Shown here piece after piece: positions 1 through 10,895 of a DNA stretch of 64,000 nt. The stretch covers positions 12,380 to 76,379 of the forward strand of contig JAAYNF010000128.1 in NCBI GenBank assembly GCA_012520975.1, read 5' to 3'. Within the stretch, counting starts at the first letter, position 1; each line of letters starts with the position of its first letter. The notes below the pieces were generated by a model. The model saw nothing but the letters and a program-made list of their open reading frames with translations. It was not told the DNA's origin and made no database searches. Both the position numbers and the translations under genes were made by a program. Origin of the DNA: Clostridiaceae bacterium (GTDB taxonomy: Bacteria; Bacillota; Clostridia; Saccharofermentanales; UBA5734).

Positions 1-780
1 TTTGCGCTTTTTGATCAAACGGGCCTGCTGTATGAGGCCGTTGTTGAGGGCCGAATCTGCGGAGCCGCCATTCGCGCTGACGGCCATGTGGCGGTCATTC
101 AAGACAAAAGCGGCAGCACCGGGCTGGTTAGCCTTTACGCGCCGTCCATCGGCGAGAAGATTTTCGATGTCTTGTTTGCCGAATCCGGATATGTTTTGTC
201 TGTATCCTTTCCACCGGATGAAGAAAGCTTTGATGTCGCTTTGCTGAATACAGATTTTTCCGAAGCCCGACCGGTTGTCAAAAGATATAGTCTTGACGGC
301 CGTCAGTTGGGGCAGCGTCTGCCTGCTCTGGGGCAGATATATCCGATTATGGTTTATGACGATGCGTCGGATCTGGTTATGTGTGGAGCCACCAGCCTGG
401 CGGCGATACGCTATAGCCAAGATGAAGTGGTTTGGCTACGCAGTTTGCAAAGGATTGTAACCGCAAAGCAAACGTCGGCCGGACTGGCCGTTCTGGCAGC
501 CGACGGGCAAGATGACCGGATCGGCCTGCACCTGTTGGACAAGGCCGGCGGTTCGATTTTTGAAATTCCGATCGGTGAGGGGGTCGTTGATTTCGCGGTT
601 CGAGAAAAACTGGCGGCTATCGGCTGCGGAACACGTGTCCTGCTCATTGATCTGGCTCAAGGCAAAACGATACAAAATTACGATGCCGCTGTCGAGATCA
701 TCCGGACCGGATTTTCCGGAGACGGTGCCTTGACACTGGTCACCCGCGCCGGTGTGATGCGGGTGGTCATCCCGACTTAA
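1..780 (+). CDS. hypothetical protein, C-terminal part (5' end outside window); repetitive beta-strand-rich, possibly propeller-like
   Basis: Frame 1 is open from nt 1 with no stop before the track Met at 88, and ends at TAA 778-780. I can name no catalytic motif. Short hydrophobic strand-like segments recur. Confidence 0.45.
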   Translation, partial: FALFDQTGLLYEAVVEGRICGAAIRADGHVAVIQDKSGSTGLVSLYAPSIGEKIFDVLFAESGYVLSVSFPPDEESFDVALLNTDFSEARPVVKRYSLDGRQLGQRLPALGQIYPIMVYDDASDLVMCGATSLAAIRYSQDEVVWLRSLQRIVTAKQTSAGLAVLAADGQDDRIGLHLLDKAGGSIFEIPIGEGVVDFAVREKLAAIGCGTRVLLIDLAQGKTIQNYDAAVEIIRTGFSGDGALTLVTRAGVMRVVIPT

Positions 781-821
781 TAATCCCCAAGAAGAACCTT
801 TAGAGGGTGAAAGGAGCAACG

Positions 822-2672
822 ATGAACACAGATCAGCAGGCGAACAAAGGAACACGAGCCGATATCCCGGAAAAGTATCGTTGGCGATTGGAGGATATCT
901 TTCCGGATGATGAAAGCTGGGAAACAGCATGGCAGGCAATAGCACCGCTCTTGGATGACCTGCTTGCTCATCGAGGCAAACTGGGCTTGGGTGCTGCGGA
1001 ACTGGCCGAGGCTTTGGAAAAAGCCAATCATATTTATCTTGAGCTCATGGAGATTTTTGCCTATGCGCGTATGCGCCGGGATGAAGATAATACGGTTGCC
1101 AAATATCGAAATATGGCCGACCGAGCAATAGGCCTTTACTATCAAAGCGCATCAACGATGGCCTTCCTGACTCCGGAAATCGCTGCTTTGTCCGAGGATC
1201 TGGTTAGCAGCTGGCTGGCTACAGAGCCTCGGCTGCAGCCGTTTCGACAAAATCTCCTTGATATCATGCGAACCCGCCCGCACATTCTACCGGAAAACGA
1301 GGAGGCATTGCTGTCTCGCTTCGGTCCGATTACCGAAGGGTTGGGGGATATTTTTTCCATGCTGAACGACGTTGAGATTCAACTGGGCAGCATTGATGAC
1401 GGCCAAGGCGGCAAGATCGAGCTAACCCACGCTGAATTTATCCGTCTGCGGGAAAATCCTGATCGAAAGATCCGTGCGGCGGCCTTCGAGCAGATGCACC
1501 AGGCCTATGGTAAAATCGGCGGAACTTTGTCGGTACTGTATGGCACTCAGGTCAAGGCCGACTTGATGGTCGCCAAGACCCGGCGCTACCGGAACAGCCT
1601 GCAAGCCGCCCTGTTCAGTGACAATCTTCCCGACAGCATTTACTCAACGCTGATTGCCGAGGTTCGGAACGGACTGCCGATTCTTGGTGGTTATCTGAAA
1701 TTGCGCAAATCCTGCATGAATCTGGAAGAACTCCATCTCTACGATGCTTATGTGCCGATGCTCAGCCAGCCGGTACGTCAATATACTTTTGAGCAGGCTT
1801 GCGATCTCCTGCGGGCCGGTCTGGCCCCTTTAGGCGAGCAATACTTGGCTGATCTGGAACTGCACCTGAGCAATCGCTGGGTTGATGTCTACGAGACACC
1901 GGGCAAAACCAGCGGTGCTTTTTCTTGGGGAACTTATAAAACGCACCCCTATGTTTTGCTCAATTTCAATGGTACCTTTTCCGATATTTTCACCCTTGCT
2001 CATGAAGTCGGACACAGCATGCATACTTTTTACTCCCATAAGCGCCATTTCGCAGAAGCTTCCTACCCGATTTTTCTGGCCGAGATCGCCTCGACCGTCA
2101 ATGAAAATCTGCTTATGCGGTATCTGCTTGGTCAGTGCGATGAAACCACAGCCGAAGGGAAACAGGAAAAAGCCTATTTGCTTAATCATTTTCTCGAAGA
2201 ATTCCGCCAGACGGTTTTCCGCCAGACCCTTTTTGCCGAGTTTGAATGGCAGGCACATCAGCGCGCCGAAGAAGGTGAAGCTTTGACCGCCGATTGGCTC
2301 TGCAATCTATATGCCAACCTGTTGGATGATTATTATGGCTCGGCTACCAAGATTGACGATTACATGAAATGGGAGTGGGCTAGAATCCCACATTTTTATA
2401 ATGCTTATTACGTTTTCAAATATGCCACCGGGTTTTCGGCTGCCGTGGCGCTCAGTCAACAAATTCTGTCCGGCGCTCCGGAAACCCGTAGCCGTTATCT
2501 GCAATTCCTTGGCGCCGGAAGCTCGGATTATCCCATGGCTATCCTGAACAGGGCGGGAGTCGATCTGACGACCGGTGAACCGGTCAAGGCGGCGTTGACC
2601 GAGTTTGCGGCCGGTCTGGATCAGTTGGCGTCACTAATTGATGGAGGCTCTGACCAATGGAAACCGAATTAA
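822..2672 (+). CDS. pepF: oligoendopeptidase F (M3B metallopeptidase)
   Basis: 616 aa. Zinc motif HEVGH lies in 'FTLAHEVGHSMH'. Start moved to ATG 822, 5 nt after AAAGGAG, instead of the track GTG 807. Confidence 0.9.
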   Translation: MNTDQQANKGTRADIPEKYRWRLEDIFPDDESWETAWQAIAPLLDDLLAHRGKLGLGAAELAEALEKANHIYLELMEIFAYARMRRDEDNTVAKYRNMADRAIGLYYQSASTMAFLTPEIAALSEDLVSSWLATEPRLQPFRQNLLDIMRTRPHILPENEEALLSRFGPITEGLGDIFSMLNDVEIQLGSIDDGQGGKIELTHAEFIRLRENPDRKIRAAAFEQMHQAYGKIGGTLSVLYGTQVKADLMVAKTRRYRNSLQAALFSDNLPDSIYSTLIAEVRNGLPILGGYLKLRKSCMNLEELHLYDAYVPMLSQPVRQYTFEQACDLLRAGLAPLGEQYLADLELHLSNRWVDVYETPGKTSGAFSWGTYKTHPYVLLNFNGTFSDIFTLAHEVGHSMHTFYSHKRHFAEASYPIFLAEIASTVNENLLMRYLLGQCDETTAEGKQEKAYLLNHFLEEFRQTVFRQTLFAEFEWQAHQRAEEGEALTADWLCNLYANLLDDYYGSATKIDDYMKWEWARIPHFYNAYYVFKYATGFSAAVALSQQILSGAPETRSRYLQFLGAGSSDYPMAILNRAGVDLTTGEPVKAALTEFAAGLDQLASLIDGGSDQWKPN

Positions 2673-3325
2673 AGTTGCGTTTTGTTCGCGCTGATGATCT
2701 GGAAGACTTTCTGGCCGATCCTTGGCTGCATCAACTGACCATGCCCGACTCGCGTATTATAACTCAAATGATCAGTCATTATCTGGACACGGCTGACCGG
2801 CTGATGACGCAAAGAAAAATCAGCTTGCGCGTGAGGGAAGAGGATGACCGGCGGATCTTGACGGTCAAAAGTGATGGGCAATCCAAAAACGGTCTGCATC
2901 AGAGACCGGAATGGTCTCTTGCGCTGGAGGACGATTGGTCGGATTTTCTGCAAGCCGGCCTTGATACCGAATGGTTTTATCGGCACGCGGTCAGCCAAGG
3001 TGATTCTGACGATCAATTGCACGAGATCCTGACCGGGCTGGACGGTCAACCTCTGGTCGAAATCGGTCGGATCCGATTTACCAGGACGGCTTTTGACGTT
3101 GGCTACGGCGACACGCTGATGGAGCTGGCGCTTGATCAGGGTGAAATAATTGTAGGCCGGATAACCGAACCCATCAACGAGTTGGAACTGGAGTTGCGGG
3201 AAGGCGACGTCCGTGACCTGATGGCACTGGGTGAAGAGCTGACAGGGAAATTTGCGCTGGTGCCGGAAACCATGAGCAAGTTTGCCCGATGCCTGTCTCT
3301 GATGGTCGGTCAGGAAAATCAATGA
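2657..3325 (+). CDS. CYTH-domain (triphosphate tunnel metalloenzyme family) protein
   Basis: 222 aa. N-terminal 'METELKL' fits the ExExK CYTH signature. Overlaps the pepF stop by 16 nt. Confidence 0.7.
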   Translation: METELKLRFVRADDLEDFLADPWLHQLTMPDSRIITQMISHYLDTADRLMTQRKISLRVREEDDRRILTVKSDGQSKNGLHQRPEWSLALEDDWSDFLQAGLDTEWFYRHAVSQGDSDDQLHEILTGLDGQPLVEIGRIRFTRTAFDVGYGDTLMELALDQGEIIVGRITEPINELELELREGDVRDLMALGEELTGKFALVPETMSKFARCLSLMVGQENQ

Positions 3326-4641
3326 CCGGTTTGCCCAACTGTTTGGTTGCTGTTGTCGGTGGCGGCGCCGCCGGCATGATGGCGGCCATTGTGGCTGCAA
3401 GAACCATAGCAACGGCAGGAGTTGACAAGTCAGGGATTGCGGTTCCCGTGGTATTGCTGGAAAAATCCGACCGGGTTGGCCGCAAGCTTCTTGCCACCGG
3501 CAACGGCCGTTGCAATCTGAGCAATCAATTCATGACGCCGGATCACTTTCATGGTCAAGATCGACAATTTGTCGAGGCTTTGCTAGGTCGGTTCTCGGTC
3601 AATGATACCCTTGAGTTTTTTCTCTCACTGGGACTTGACTGTCGAATCGAAGGCAACGGCCGTATCTATCCCTACAGTTTACAATCCACTGCCGTGCTGG
3701 ATTTGCTGCGACGGGCTGCGGCGCGATCGGGCGTAGAAACCATATCTCATTTCGATGTCGAAGATATCGTGGTCGTCGATGGAACAGACGGTGGTTTCCG
3801 GATGGTTGCGGTCGATGGCCGTTTTGTTTCGGCCCGAACATCGATTGTGGCCACCGGTGGTATGGCGGCGCCGGCCTTTGGTTGCGACGGCACCGGCTAT
3901 TTTCTTTTAAACAAATTCGGCCATGTATGCACACCTCTGTTTCCGGCTATTGTTCAGATCAAAACCGATACGGAACTGGTCCGTGGTCTGGCCGGAATCA
4001 AATTTGAGGGGATCGCCGGCCTGAGAATAGGCAGTCGAATGGCCAAAACCGCCTCCGGTGAGATTCTTTTTACTGATTATGGATTGTCGGGTCCGGCGAT
4101 CCTCGATCTGGCTCGCGAGATCGGCGGCGTCTTGCAAATGGATCCCGCCGAACAGGTGTTTATTGAGCTGGATCTTTTGCCGGACATGGAATACCAAAGG
4201 CTTCTTACCTGGCTGAAAAAACGCAGAGGACTGGATCCGGATCTGGAACTGTCCGGTTTTCTCACCGGATTGGTGCACAAAAAAATAGGCCAAGCTATTG
4301 TTAAACGCAGTCTGGAAAAGCCCTTGCCTTTGACAAGGCCGGCGGCTGAGCTTACCGAGCGGAGCCTGACACGGACGGCGCATTTTTTAAAAAAATTATC
4401 GATCCGCGTCACCGGAACCCGTGGTTGGGCACAGGCTCAAGTGACCGCCGGCGGTTTAAAGACCGATCAGTTTAACCATTCGACCTTGGAATCAAAACTT
4501 CAACCGGGCCTTTTTGTCGCAGGAGAAATTCTTGATGTGGACGGCGATTGCGGCGGTTACAATCTGCAGTGGGCCTGGACCACCGGCTATGTGGCCGGCA
4601 AAAGCGCCGCCTTGTCGGCCATCGGAGCTCGTCGATCATGA
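3322..4641 (+). CDS. HI0933/YhiN/BaiN-like NAD(FAD)-utilizing flavoprotein
   Basis: 'VAVVGGGAAGMMAA' dinucleotide motif and 'LLATGNGRCNLSN' family signature. ATG 3322 overlaps the CYTH stop (ATGA). The track start 3289 was rejected. Confidence 0.85.
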   Translation: MTGLPNCLVAVVGGGAAGMMAAIVAARTIATAGVDKSGIAVPVVLLEKSDRVGRKLLATGNGRCNLSNQFMTPDHFHGQDRQFVEALLGRFSVNDTLEFFLSLGLDCRIEGNGRIYPYSLQSTAVLDLLRRAAARSGVETISHFDVEDIVVVDGTDGGFRMVAVDGRFVSARTSIVATGGMAAPAFGCDGTGYFLLNKFGHVCTPLFPAIVQIKTDTELVRGLAGIKFEGIAGLRIGSRMAKTASGEILFTDYGLSGPAILDLAREIGGVLQMDPAEQVFIELDLLPDMEYQRLLTWLKKRRGLDPDLELSGFLTGLVHKKIGQAIVKRSLEKPLPLTRPAAELTERSLTRTAHFLKKLSIRVTGTRGWAQAQVTAGGLKTDQFNHSTLESKLQPGLFVAGEILDVDGDCGGYNLQWAWTTGYVAGKSAALSAIGARRS

Positions 4642-6224
4642 AACCGGCCATCCTTATCCGTGATATCCGCTTGCCGCCGGGGCATCATCAAGAGGATTTG
4701 ATCAGCGCCGCGGCTCAAAAAGCCGGGATGACGCCAGACGCCGTGGAACGGGCCGGTTGGCGAGTGGTTCGTCGCTCCATCGACGCCCGCCGTCGACCGG
4801 ACATCACCATCCAGTATCATGTGGAAATAGGCCCGCCCGAATCAGAAATTTCCGGGCTGCGCAATTTTTTTGAACACCGACCCGCCGGCGGTCGGACGGT
4901 GGTAGTGGGTGCAGGTCCGGCGGGTTTGTTTGCCGGCTTGGCCTTGGCCTTGGCCGGCCAGGCTCCTCTTATCATCGAGCAGGGCCTGCCGATGGAGCAA
5001 CGACAGGCCGACGTCGCTCGTTTTTGGAGCTCCGGCGTATTCAATCCTTCATCCAATGTCCAATTTGGTGAGGGGGGCGCAGGCACATTTTCAGACGGCA
5101 AGTTGACCACACGAATCAAAGATCCGCGTTGTCGTGCGGTTTTGGAAGAGTTGATTCTTGCCGGAGCACCACCGGATATCTTGGTTTCGTCACGCCCTCA
5201 TCTTGGAACCGACAACCTTCGCCGGATTGTTCGCCACTTGCGGGAGAGGATCATCCGGCTTGGCGGTGAATTTATCTTTGAATGCCGTCTGATCGACTTC
5301 CGGCAGATTCATGGCCGGATTGTCGGCATTACCGTAACCACAAGAAAAAGTCAAGACCGGGTTTCCTACGAAGATATACCGGCCGAGCGTGTCATACTGG
5401 CAATCGGACACAGCGCTCGCCAAACTTTTCAATTGTTGGACAACAACGGTATTTTGCTGGCTCCCAAACCATTTTCCATCGGTGTCCGGATAGAACATTT
5501 GCAATCCCGGATTGATTACAGTCAGTACGGGTCTTCTGCCGGTCATCCTCAATTACCGCCGGCCGATTATCAGCTGAGCTGTCATCTTCCGTCCGGACGT
5601 TCCGTTTATACATTTTGCATGTGTCCGGGCGGGCAAGTGGTCGCCGCCGCATCGGAAACCGGCGGTGTTGTGACCAATGGCATGAGCTACCACGCTCGTA
5701 ATCAGGCCAATGCCAACAGCGCTTTGCTGGTCGGCGTCCAACCCGAAGACTTTCCCGACCCCGGACCGCTGGGCGGCATCGCATGGCAAAGACGTCTCGA
5801 ACAGCAGGCCTTCGATCTGGCCGGCGGCGGCTATCGGGCTCCGGCCCAGTATGTCGGCGATTTTCTCAAGGATCCGAAGGCAAGCCGCTTCTTAATCGGC
5901 TCGGAGGACCATGTTGCGCCCAGTTATCTTCCCGGGGTCAATTGGTGCGATCTGGATGCCTGTTTGCCGTCGTTCGTCACCCAGGCGCTGCGCGAGGCCC
6001 TGCCGATTCTGGAACGTCGTTTGGCAGGTTTTGCCCATGGAAGAGCTGTTCTGACCGGAGTCGAAACCCGCAGTTCTTCGCCGGTCCGCATTATTCGTGA
6101 CGCGCGTCTGCAAGCCAGCCTGTCCGGCTTGTTTCCCTGTGGTGAAGGCTCCGGTTATGCCGGAGGCATCATGTCTTCTGTCATCGATGGTTTGCGCTGC
6201 GCCCAAGCCGTTCTGGCAATGTGA
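4638..6224 (+). CDS. FAD-dependent protein (COG2509-type uncharacterized dehydrogenase)
   Basis: 'VVVGAGPAGLFAGLALA' and 'FGEGGAGTFSDGKLTTRIKD'. 528 aa from ATG 4638, in an ATGA overlap with the upstream stop. Confidence 0.8.
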   Translation: MKPAILIRDIRLPPGHHQEDLISAAAQKAGMTPDAVERAGWRVVRRSIDARRRPDITIQYHVEIGPPESEISGLRNFFEHRPAGGRTVVVGAGPAGLFAGLALALAGQAPLIIEQGLPMEQRQADVARFWSSGVFNPSSNVQFGEGGAGTFSDGKLTTRIKDPRCRAVLEELILAGAPPDILVSSRPHLGTDNLRRIVRHLRERIIRLGGEFIFECRLIDFRQIHGRIVGITVTTRKSQDRVSYEDIPAERVILAIGHSARQTFQLLDNNGILLAPKPFSIGVRIEHLQSRIDYSQYGSSAGHPQLPPADYQLSCHLPSGRSVYTFCMCPGGQVVAAASETGGVVTNGMSYHARNQANANSALLVGVQPEDFPDPGPLGGIAWQRRLEQQAFDLAGGGYRAPAQYVGDFLKDPKASRFLIGSEDHVAPSYLPGVNWCDLDACLPSFVTQALREALPILERRLAGFAHGRAVLTGVETRSSSPVRIIRDARLQASLSGLFPCGEGSGYAGGIMSSVIDGLRCAQAVLAM

Positions 6225-6377
6225 GTTATAATCCGGGCACAAACCGTTAAGAAAAAGGCCTAAGATCGGGATTGTCGTCCATCCTGTTTTGGTTGTATGC
6301 TATGGGTATCCGCAAAATCGGGTATCTGTTGCCCCCAATACGTCGACAGTGATCAGCATGACGAGCAGAGGTGAAAA

Positions 6378-7973
6378 ATGTCAATGAACAAACGAGTTGT
6401 AGAAATTTTGGATACCACACTGCGTGATGGCGCTCAAGGCGAGGGTGTTTCCTTTTCGGTCAACGATAAACTCCAGGTCTTGGATGCGCTGGTGGGTTTT
6501 GGCATCCGTTATATTGAAGCCGGGAATCCGGGATCCAACCCCAAGGATCGCGCGTTTTTTTCTCAGATCGCGGAACGAAAGCCGGAAATGGGTCACAGCG
6601 TACTGGCTGCATTCGGTAGCACCAGGCGCAAGGATACCAAGCCCGAGGATGATCCGGGATTGGCGGACTTGTTGTCCGCCGAAACAAGGACCGTTGTTGT
6701 TTTCGGCAAAGTCTGGGATGTGGAGGTGCACGAAAACCTCTGCTGTTCTCTCGAGGAAAATCTGGCCATGATCCGTGAGTCCATTGCTTATCTTTGCGCC
6801 CGTGGCCGGGAGGTTATTTTTGATGCCGAGCATTACTTTGAAGCGGCGCAGGACAATCCGGACTACACGGAGGCGTGCTTGCGAGCCGCTTGTGAGGGCG
6901 GGGCTGTTGTCCTTTGTCTTTGCGACACCAATGGTGCCGTGATGCCCGAAGAGGTATCCCGCCGGACAGCCGCGGCGGTTCAAGCTTTTCCGAATGTTAA
7001 AATCGGTATTCATTGCCACAATGACAGCGGTGTGGCCGTGGCCAACTCGATCGCGGCGGTATTGGCCGGTGCCGATCATGTCCAGGGCACCTTCAACGGT
7101 ATTGGCGAGCGCTGCGGCAATGCCAACCTATCCACAATCATCGCCAATTTACAGCTTAAGTACAGCATCACCTGCGTGCCGGACGAGTATATGACCAAGT
7201 TGACACCGACCGCCCGATGGATGGCCGAAATAGCCAACATCACCTTGCCGAACGGCGAACCTTTTGTCGGCCTTTCGGCCTTTTCACACAAAGCCGGGAT
7301 GCATGTGGATGGTGTCAAAAAAAATCCGGATACATTCGAACATATATCCCCCGAAGCCGTCGGCAACAATCGCCGATTCCTGATTTCTGAGATGTCGGGT
7401 CGTTCGGCCATCATGGAAATGATTCAGCGGATCAAGCCGGACATCGAAAAAGATGCGCCGGAGGTCGGCCGTGTGTTGGAAAAACTCAAGGAAATGGAGC
7501 ACCAAGGATACCATTTTGAAGGCGCTGAAGCTTCCCAGGAGCTTTTGGTTTGCAAGGAGTTGGGTCTCTACAAGCCGTTTTTCAGTTTGGAAAAAATGCG
7601 AATCAGCAGCGAGCAGCCCCAAGTCGGTGAATACAGTGCTCATACATACATTAAGATTCTGGTTGACGGTGTCACCGAAGTCACCGCGGCCGAGGGAGAG
7701 GGTCCAGTCAATGCCATGGACCGGGCATTAAAGAAAGCCATGGAAGTCTTCTATCCCGAGTTGATCCATGTCCGGTTGACCGACTATAAAGTCCGCGTAC
7801 TCAATGCGGAGGCAACCGCATCCCAGGTCAGAACTCTGATTGAATCGACAGATGGCCACCGGGTTTGGCACACCGTCGGCGTGTCCACCGACATTCTGGA
7901 AGCTTCGTGGCAGGCGCTGGTCGACTCGCTGGAATATAAATTAATGCGTAAAGAATTAGGTTGGGAGGAATAA
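6378..7973 (+). CDS. cimA: citramalate synthase / 2-isopropylmalate synthase family enzyme (CimA-like)
   Basis: 'ILDTTLRDGAQGEGVSF' DRE-TIM start. 531 aa with a LeuA-dimer-like C-terminus. First gene of a leuCDB-ilvDB operon. The family call is firm; the citramalate substrate call is tentative. Confidence 0.75.
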   Translation: MSMNKRVVEILDTTLRDGAQGEGVSFSVNDKLQVLDALVGFGIRYIEAGNPGSNPKDRAFFSQIAERKPEMGHSVLAAFGSTRRKDTKPEDDPGLADLLSAETRTVVVFGKVWDVEVHENLCCSLEENLAMIRESIAYLCARGREVIFDAEHYFEAAQDNPDYTEACLRAACEGGAVVLCLCDTNGAVMPEEVSRRTAAAVQAFPNVKIGIHCHNDSGVAVANSIAAVLAGADHVQGTFNGIGERCGNANLSTIIANLQLKYSITCVPDEYMTKLTPTARWMAEIANITLPNGEPFVGLSAFSHKAGMHVDGVKKNPDTFEHISPEAVGNNRRFLISEMSGRSAIMEMIQRIKPDIEKDAPEVGRVLEKLKEMEHQGYHFEGAEASQELLVCKELGLYKPFFSLEKMRISSEQPQVGEYSAHTYIKILVDGVTEVTAAEGEGPVNAMDRALKKAMEVFYPELIHVRLTDYKVRVLNAEATASQVRTLIESTDGHRVWHTVGVSTDILEASWQALVDSLEYKLMRKELGWEE

Positions 7974-7976
7974 CCT

Positions 7977-9260
7977 ATGGCTATGACCATGACACAAAAA
8001 ATTCTGGCTGCGCACGCAGAGTTGGAAAGGGTTCATGCCGGTCAGCTGATTGAAGCTCGATTGGACCTTGTGCTCGGCAATGACATTACCACTCCGCCGG
8101 CTCTGACTGTTTTTGACCAAATCGGCAGCAACGACGTTTTTGATCGTGAAAAGGTGGTCCTTGTACCCGATCATTTTACCCCGAACAAAGACATCAAATC
8201 GGCAGAGGCCTGCGCCAAGATCCGCCGATTTGCCCGCACATACGATTTGACCCACTATTACGAACAGGGTGAGCCAGGTATGGGTGTTGAGCATGTCATT
8301 TTACCGGAAAACGGACTGGTGGCGCCGGGAGACGCCATTATCGGCGCCGATTCGCATACCTGCACCTACGGAGCTCTGGGAGCTTTTGCCACCGGAGTCG
8401 GCAGCACCGATCTGGCTTGCGCCATGGCAACCGGCCAAACATGGTTCCGTGTCCCGGCCGCCATTAATTTTGTGCTCGAAGGTCAATTGCAGCCCGGCGT
8501 CACCGGCAAAGATCTCATCCTGCACCTGATCGGCCTGATCGGTGTCGATGGGGCCTTGTATCAATCGATGGAATTTACCGGCCCCGGCGTGGCCACACTG
8601 AGCATGGCCGAACGTCTGACCATCTGCAACATGGCCATTGAAGCCGGTGGTAAAAACGGCATCTTCCCGGTCGATGGGAAGACCTTGGCTTACATCGAAA
8701 TGTATGCGCCGGATCGTTTTGCCAAAAAACAATATGCAATTTTCGCCGCCGATGATGATGCCGATTATGTGCGGACGATCGTGGTTGATCTGGCCAAGGT
8801 TCCGTTGACCGTCTCGTTCCCGCATCTGCCGGAGAATACAAGAGTTGTCGGTTCTTTCGATAAAATTCCGATCGACCAAGTTGTTGTCGGCTCTTGCACC
8901 AATGGACGCCTCGAAGATATGCGCGTGGCCGCCCAGTATCTCAAAGGGCGAAAGGTGGCCAAGGGCTTGCGCCTGATCATCCTGCCGGGGTCTCAGCGTG
9001 TCTGGCGCGAGAGTTTAAAAGAGGGCTTGTTTGAAATTTTCGTCGATGCCGGCGCGGTTGTCAGCGCGCCGACCTGCGGGCCCTGTCTGGGTGGCCATAT
9101 GGGGGTTCTGGCCAAAGGCGAACGTTGTGTCTCAACCACCAACCGCAATTTTGTCGGTCGTATGGGGCATCCGCAATCAGAGGTTTATCTGGCCGGTGTA
9201 CCGGTGGCCTGTGCGTCTGCCGTCAAGGGATATATCGCCGGTCCGGCGGATCTGGATTAA
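7977..9260 (+). CDS. leuC: 3-isopropylmalate/citramalate dehydratase large subunit
   Basis: Aconitase-family motifs '[15 protein letters not shown]', '[12 protein letters not shown]' and '[12 protein letters not shown]'. 427 aa. GGAGG RBS. Confidence 0.9.
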   Translation: MAMTMTQKILAAHAELERVHAGQLIEARLDLVLGNDITTPPALTVFDQIGSNDVFDREKVVLVPDHFTPNKDIKSAEACAKIRRFARTYDLTHYYEQGEPGMGVEHVILPENGLVAPGDAIIGADSHTCTYGALGAFATGVGSTDLACAMATGQTWFRVPAAINFVLEGQLQPGVTGKDLILHLIGLIGVDGALYQSMEFTGPGVATLSMAERLTICNMAIEAGGKNGIFPVDGKTLAYIEMYAPDRFAKKQYAIFAADDDADYVRTIVVDLAKVPLTVSFPHLPENTRVVGSFDKIPIDQVVVGSCTNGRLEDMRVAAQYLKGRKVAKGLRLIILPGSQRVWRESLKEGLFEIFVDAGAVVSAPTCGPCLGGHMGVLAKGERCVSTTNRNFVGRMGHPQSEVYLAGVPVACASAVKGYIAGPADLD

Positions 9261-9274
9261 AGGGGGAAGTCGTT

Positions 9275-9760
9275 ATGAAGGCAAAAGGCAAGGTTTTTAA
9301 ATATGGGGCCAATGTGGATACAGACGTGATCATCCCGGCCCGCTACTTGAATACAGCCGATCCGTTGGAGCTGGCCGGCCATTGTATGGAAGATATCGAT
9401 AAGACTTTTGTCAACCGGGTCAAACCGGGAGACATGATTGTCGCCGGTCCTAATTTTGGCTGCGGATCCTCTCGCGAACACGCTCCGATCGCCATCAAAG
9501 CCAGCGGCATCAGTTGTGTCATTGCTCCCAGTTTTGCTCGTATTTTTTACCGTAACGCCATCAACATGGGATTGGCTATCCTGGAAAGCGCCGAGGCCAG
9601 CGCCGCTGTCAATGACGGCGATGAGCTGGAGGTTGATTTCGATAGCGGACTGATCCGCAATTTGACCGTTCGACAAACCTACCAAGCCAATCCTTTCCCG
9701 GAATTTATCAAGAGAATCATTGCGGCCGACGGCCTTGTCGGCTATATCCGCCGGAAATAG
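9275..9760 (+). CDS. leuD: 3-isopropylmalate dehydratase small subunit
   Basis: '[15 protein letters not shown]' and '[14 protein letters not shown]'. ATG 9275 follows a GGGGGAAG RBS. The track start 9125 lies inside leuC and was rejected. Confidence 0.9.
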   Translation: MKAKGKVFKYGANVDTDVIIPARYLNTADPLELAGHCMEDIDKTFVNRVKPGDMIVAGPNFGCGSSREHAPIAIKASGISCVIAPSFARIFYRNAINMGLAILESAEASAAVNDGDELEVDFDSGLIRNLTVRQTYQANPFPEFIKRIIAADGLVGYIRRK

Positions 9761-9785
9761 AATCTTTCAAAGGAGATCAACATCC

Positions 9786-10895
9786 ATGGCCAGATTCAGA
9801 ATAGCGGTCATTCCCGGAGACGGCATCGGTCCGGAGGTCATCAACAGCACGCGCCACGTATTGGACGCGGTGGGTAAAAAATTTAATCATGATTTTAAAT
9901 ATGAAGAGCTGCTTGCCGGAGGTATCGCCATTGATACAACCGGAGAGCCGCTTCCTGCATCCACGCTGGAAACCTGCAAGAGCTCGGATGCGCTTTTGCT
10001 GGGCGCTGTCGGTGGGCCGCAATGGGATAATTTGCCCGGTCATATGCGCCCTGAAAAAGCACTCCTCGGTCTCAGGTCCGGACTGGGGCTTTATGCCAAT
10101 CTGCGGCCCGCGATCCTCTATCCGCCGTTGGCATCGGCCTGCCCCTTGCATCCGGCCACGGCAGCTCGCGGCATCGACATGATGTTTGTCCGCGAATTGA
10201 CCGGTGGCATTTATTTTGGTGACCGCGGCCGCCGGGAAGAGGAAAACGGACTCGAAGCTTACGACACCGAAACATATAGCGTGAAGGAAATTGAACGCAT
10301 TGCGCGCATGGGTTTTGAGCTGGCCCGCGGCCGCCGCAAAAAATTGACCAGCGTGGACAAGGCCAATATCCTCGAAAGTTCACGCCTTTGGCGAGAAACC
10401 ATCGTCAAGTTACACGCAGAATATCCGGATGTTGCGTTGGAACACCTTTATGTTGACAATGCCTCGATGCAGTTAATTTTGAGACCGGACAGTTTTGATG
10501 TTGTTGTAACCAGCAATATGTTTGGTGATATTCTTTCTGACGAAGCAGCTATGATCACCGGTTCGATCGGCATGCTGCCGTCGGCATCCCTTGGTCAGCC
10601 CGGTCGTCCCGGAATGTACGAACCGATCCATGGTTCGGCACCGGACATTGCGGGACAGGATAAAGCCAATCCCTTGGCCACAATTCTTTCCGGCGCCATG
10701 ATGCTGCGTCTGGCCTTCGGATTGCCAACCGAGGCCGATGCCGTCGAGCAGGCGGTGAATCAGGTCTTATCCGCCGGTTATCGCACGGTCGATATCATGG
10801 ACAAAAGCGGTTCGGCCGACGGTCTGAAGCTGGTTGGCACCCGTGAAATGAGCAATCTGGTTGTTGCCGCCATTTTGAAAGGAGCTCAACAATGA
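9786..10895 (+). CDS. leuB: 3-isopropylmalate dehydrogenase
   Basis: '[14 protein letters not shown]' and '[26 protein letters not shown]'. 369 aa from ATG 9786. Confidence 0.9.
   Translation: MARFRIAVIPGDGIGPEVINSTRHVLDAVGKKFNHDFKYEELLAGGIAIDTTGEPLPASTLETCKSSDALLLGAVGGPQWDNLPGHMRPEKALLGLRSGLGLYANLRPAILYPPLASACPLHPATAARGIDMMFVRELTGGIYFGDRGRREEENGLEAYDTETYSVKEIERIARMGFELARGRRKKLTSVDKANILESSRLWRETIVKLHAEYPDVALEHLYVDNASMQLILRPDSFDVVVTSNMFGDILSDEAAMITGSIGMLPSASLGQPGRPGMYEPIHGSAPDIAGQDKANPLATILSGAMMLRLAFGLPTEADAVEQAVNQVLSAGYRTVDIMDKSGSADGLKLVGTREMSNLVVAAILKGAQQ

Noticed and set aside
6225-6377. T-box, leader-peptide attenuator or terminator upstream of cimA, including a weak CGGGAT/ATCCTG hairpin plus TTTT at 6267-6290.
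   Set aside because: No T-box consensus was seen. The only small ORF I translated there (MLWVSAKSG...) is not branched-chain-rich. The hairpin is only 6 bp with a G.U pair, too weak to call as a terminator.
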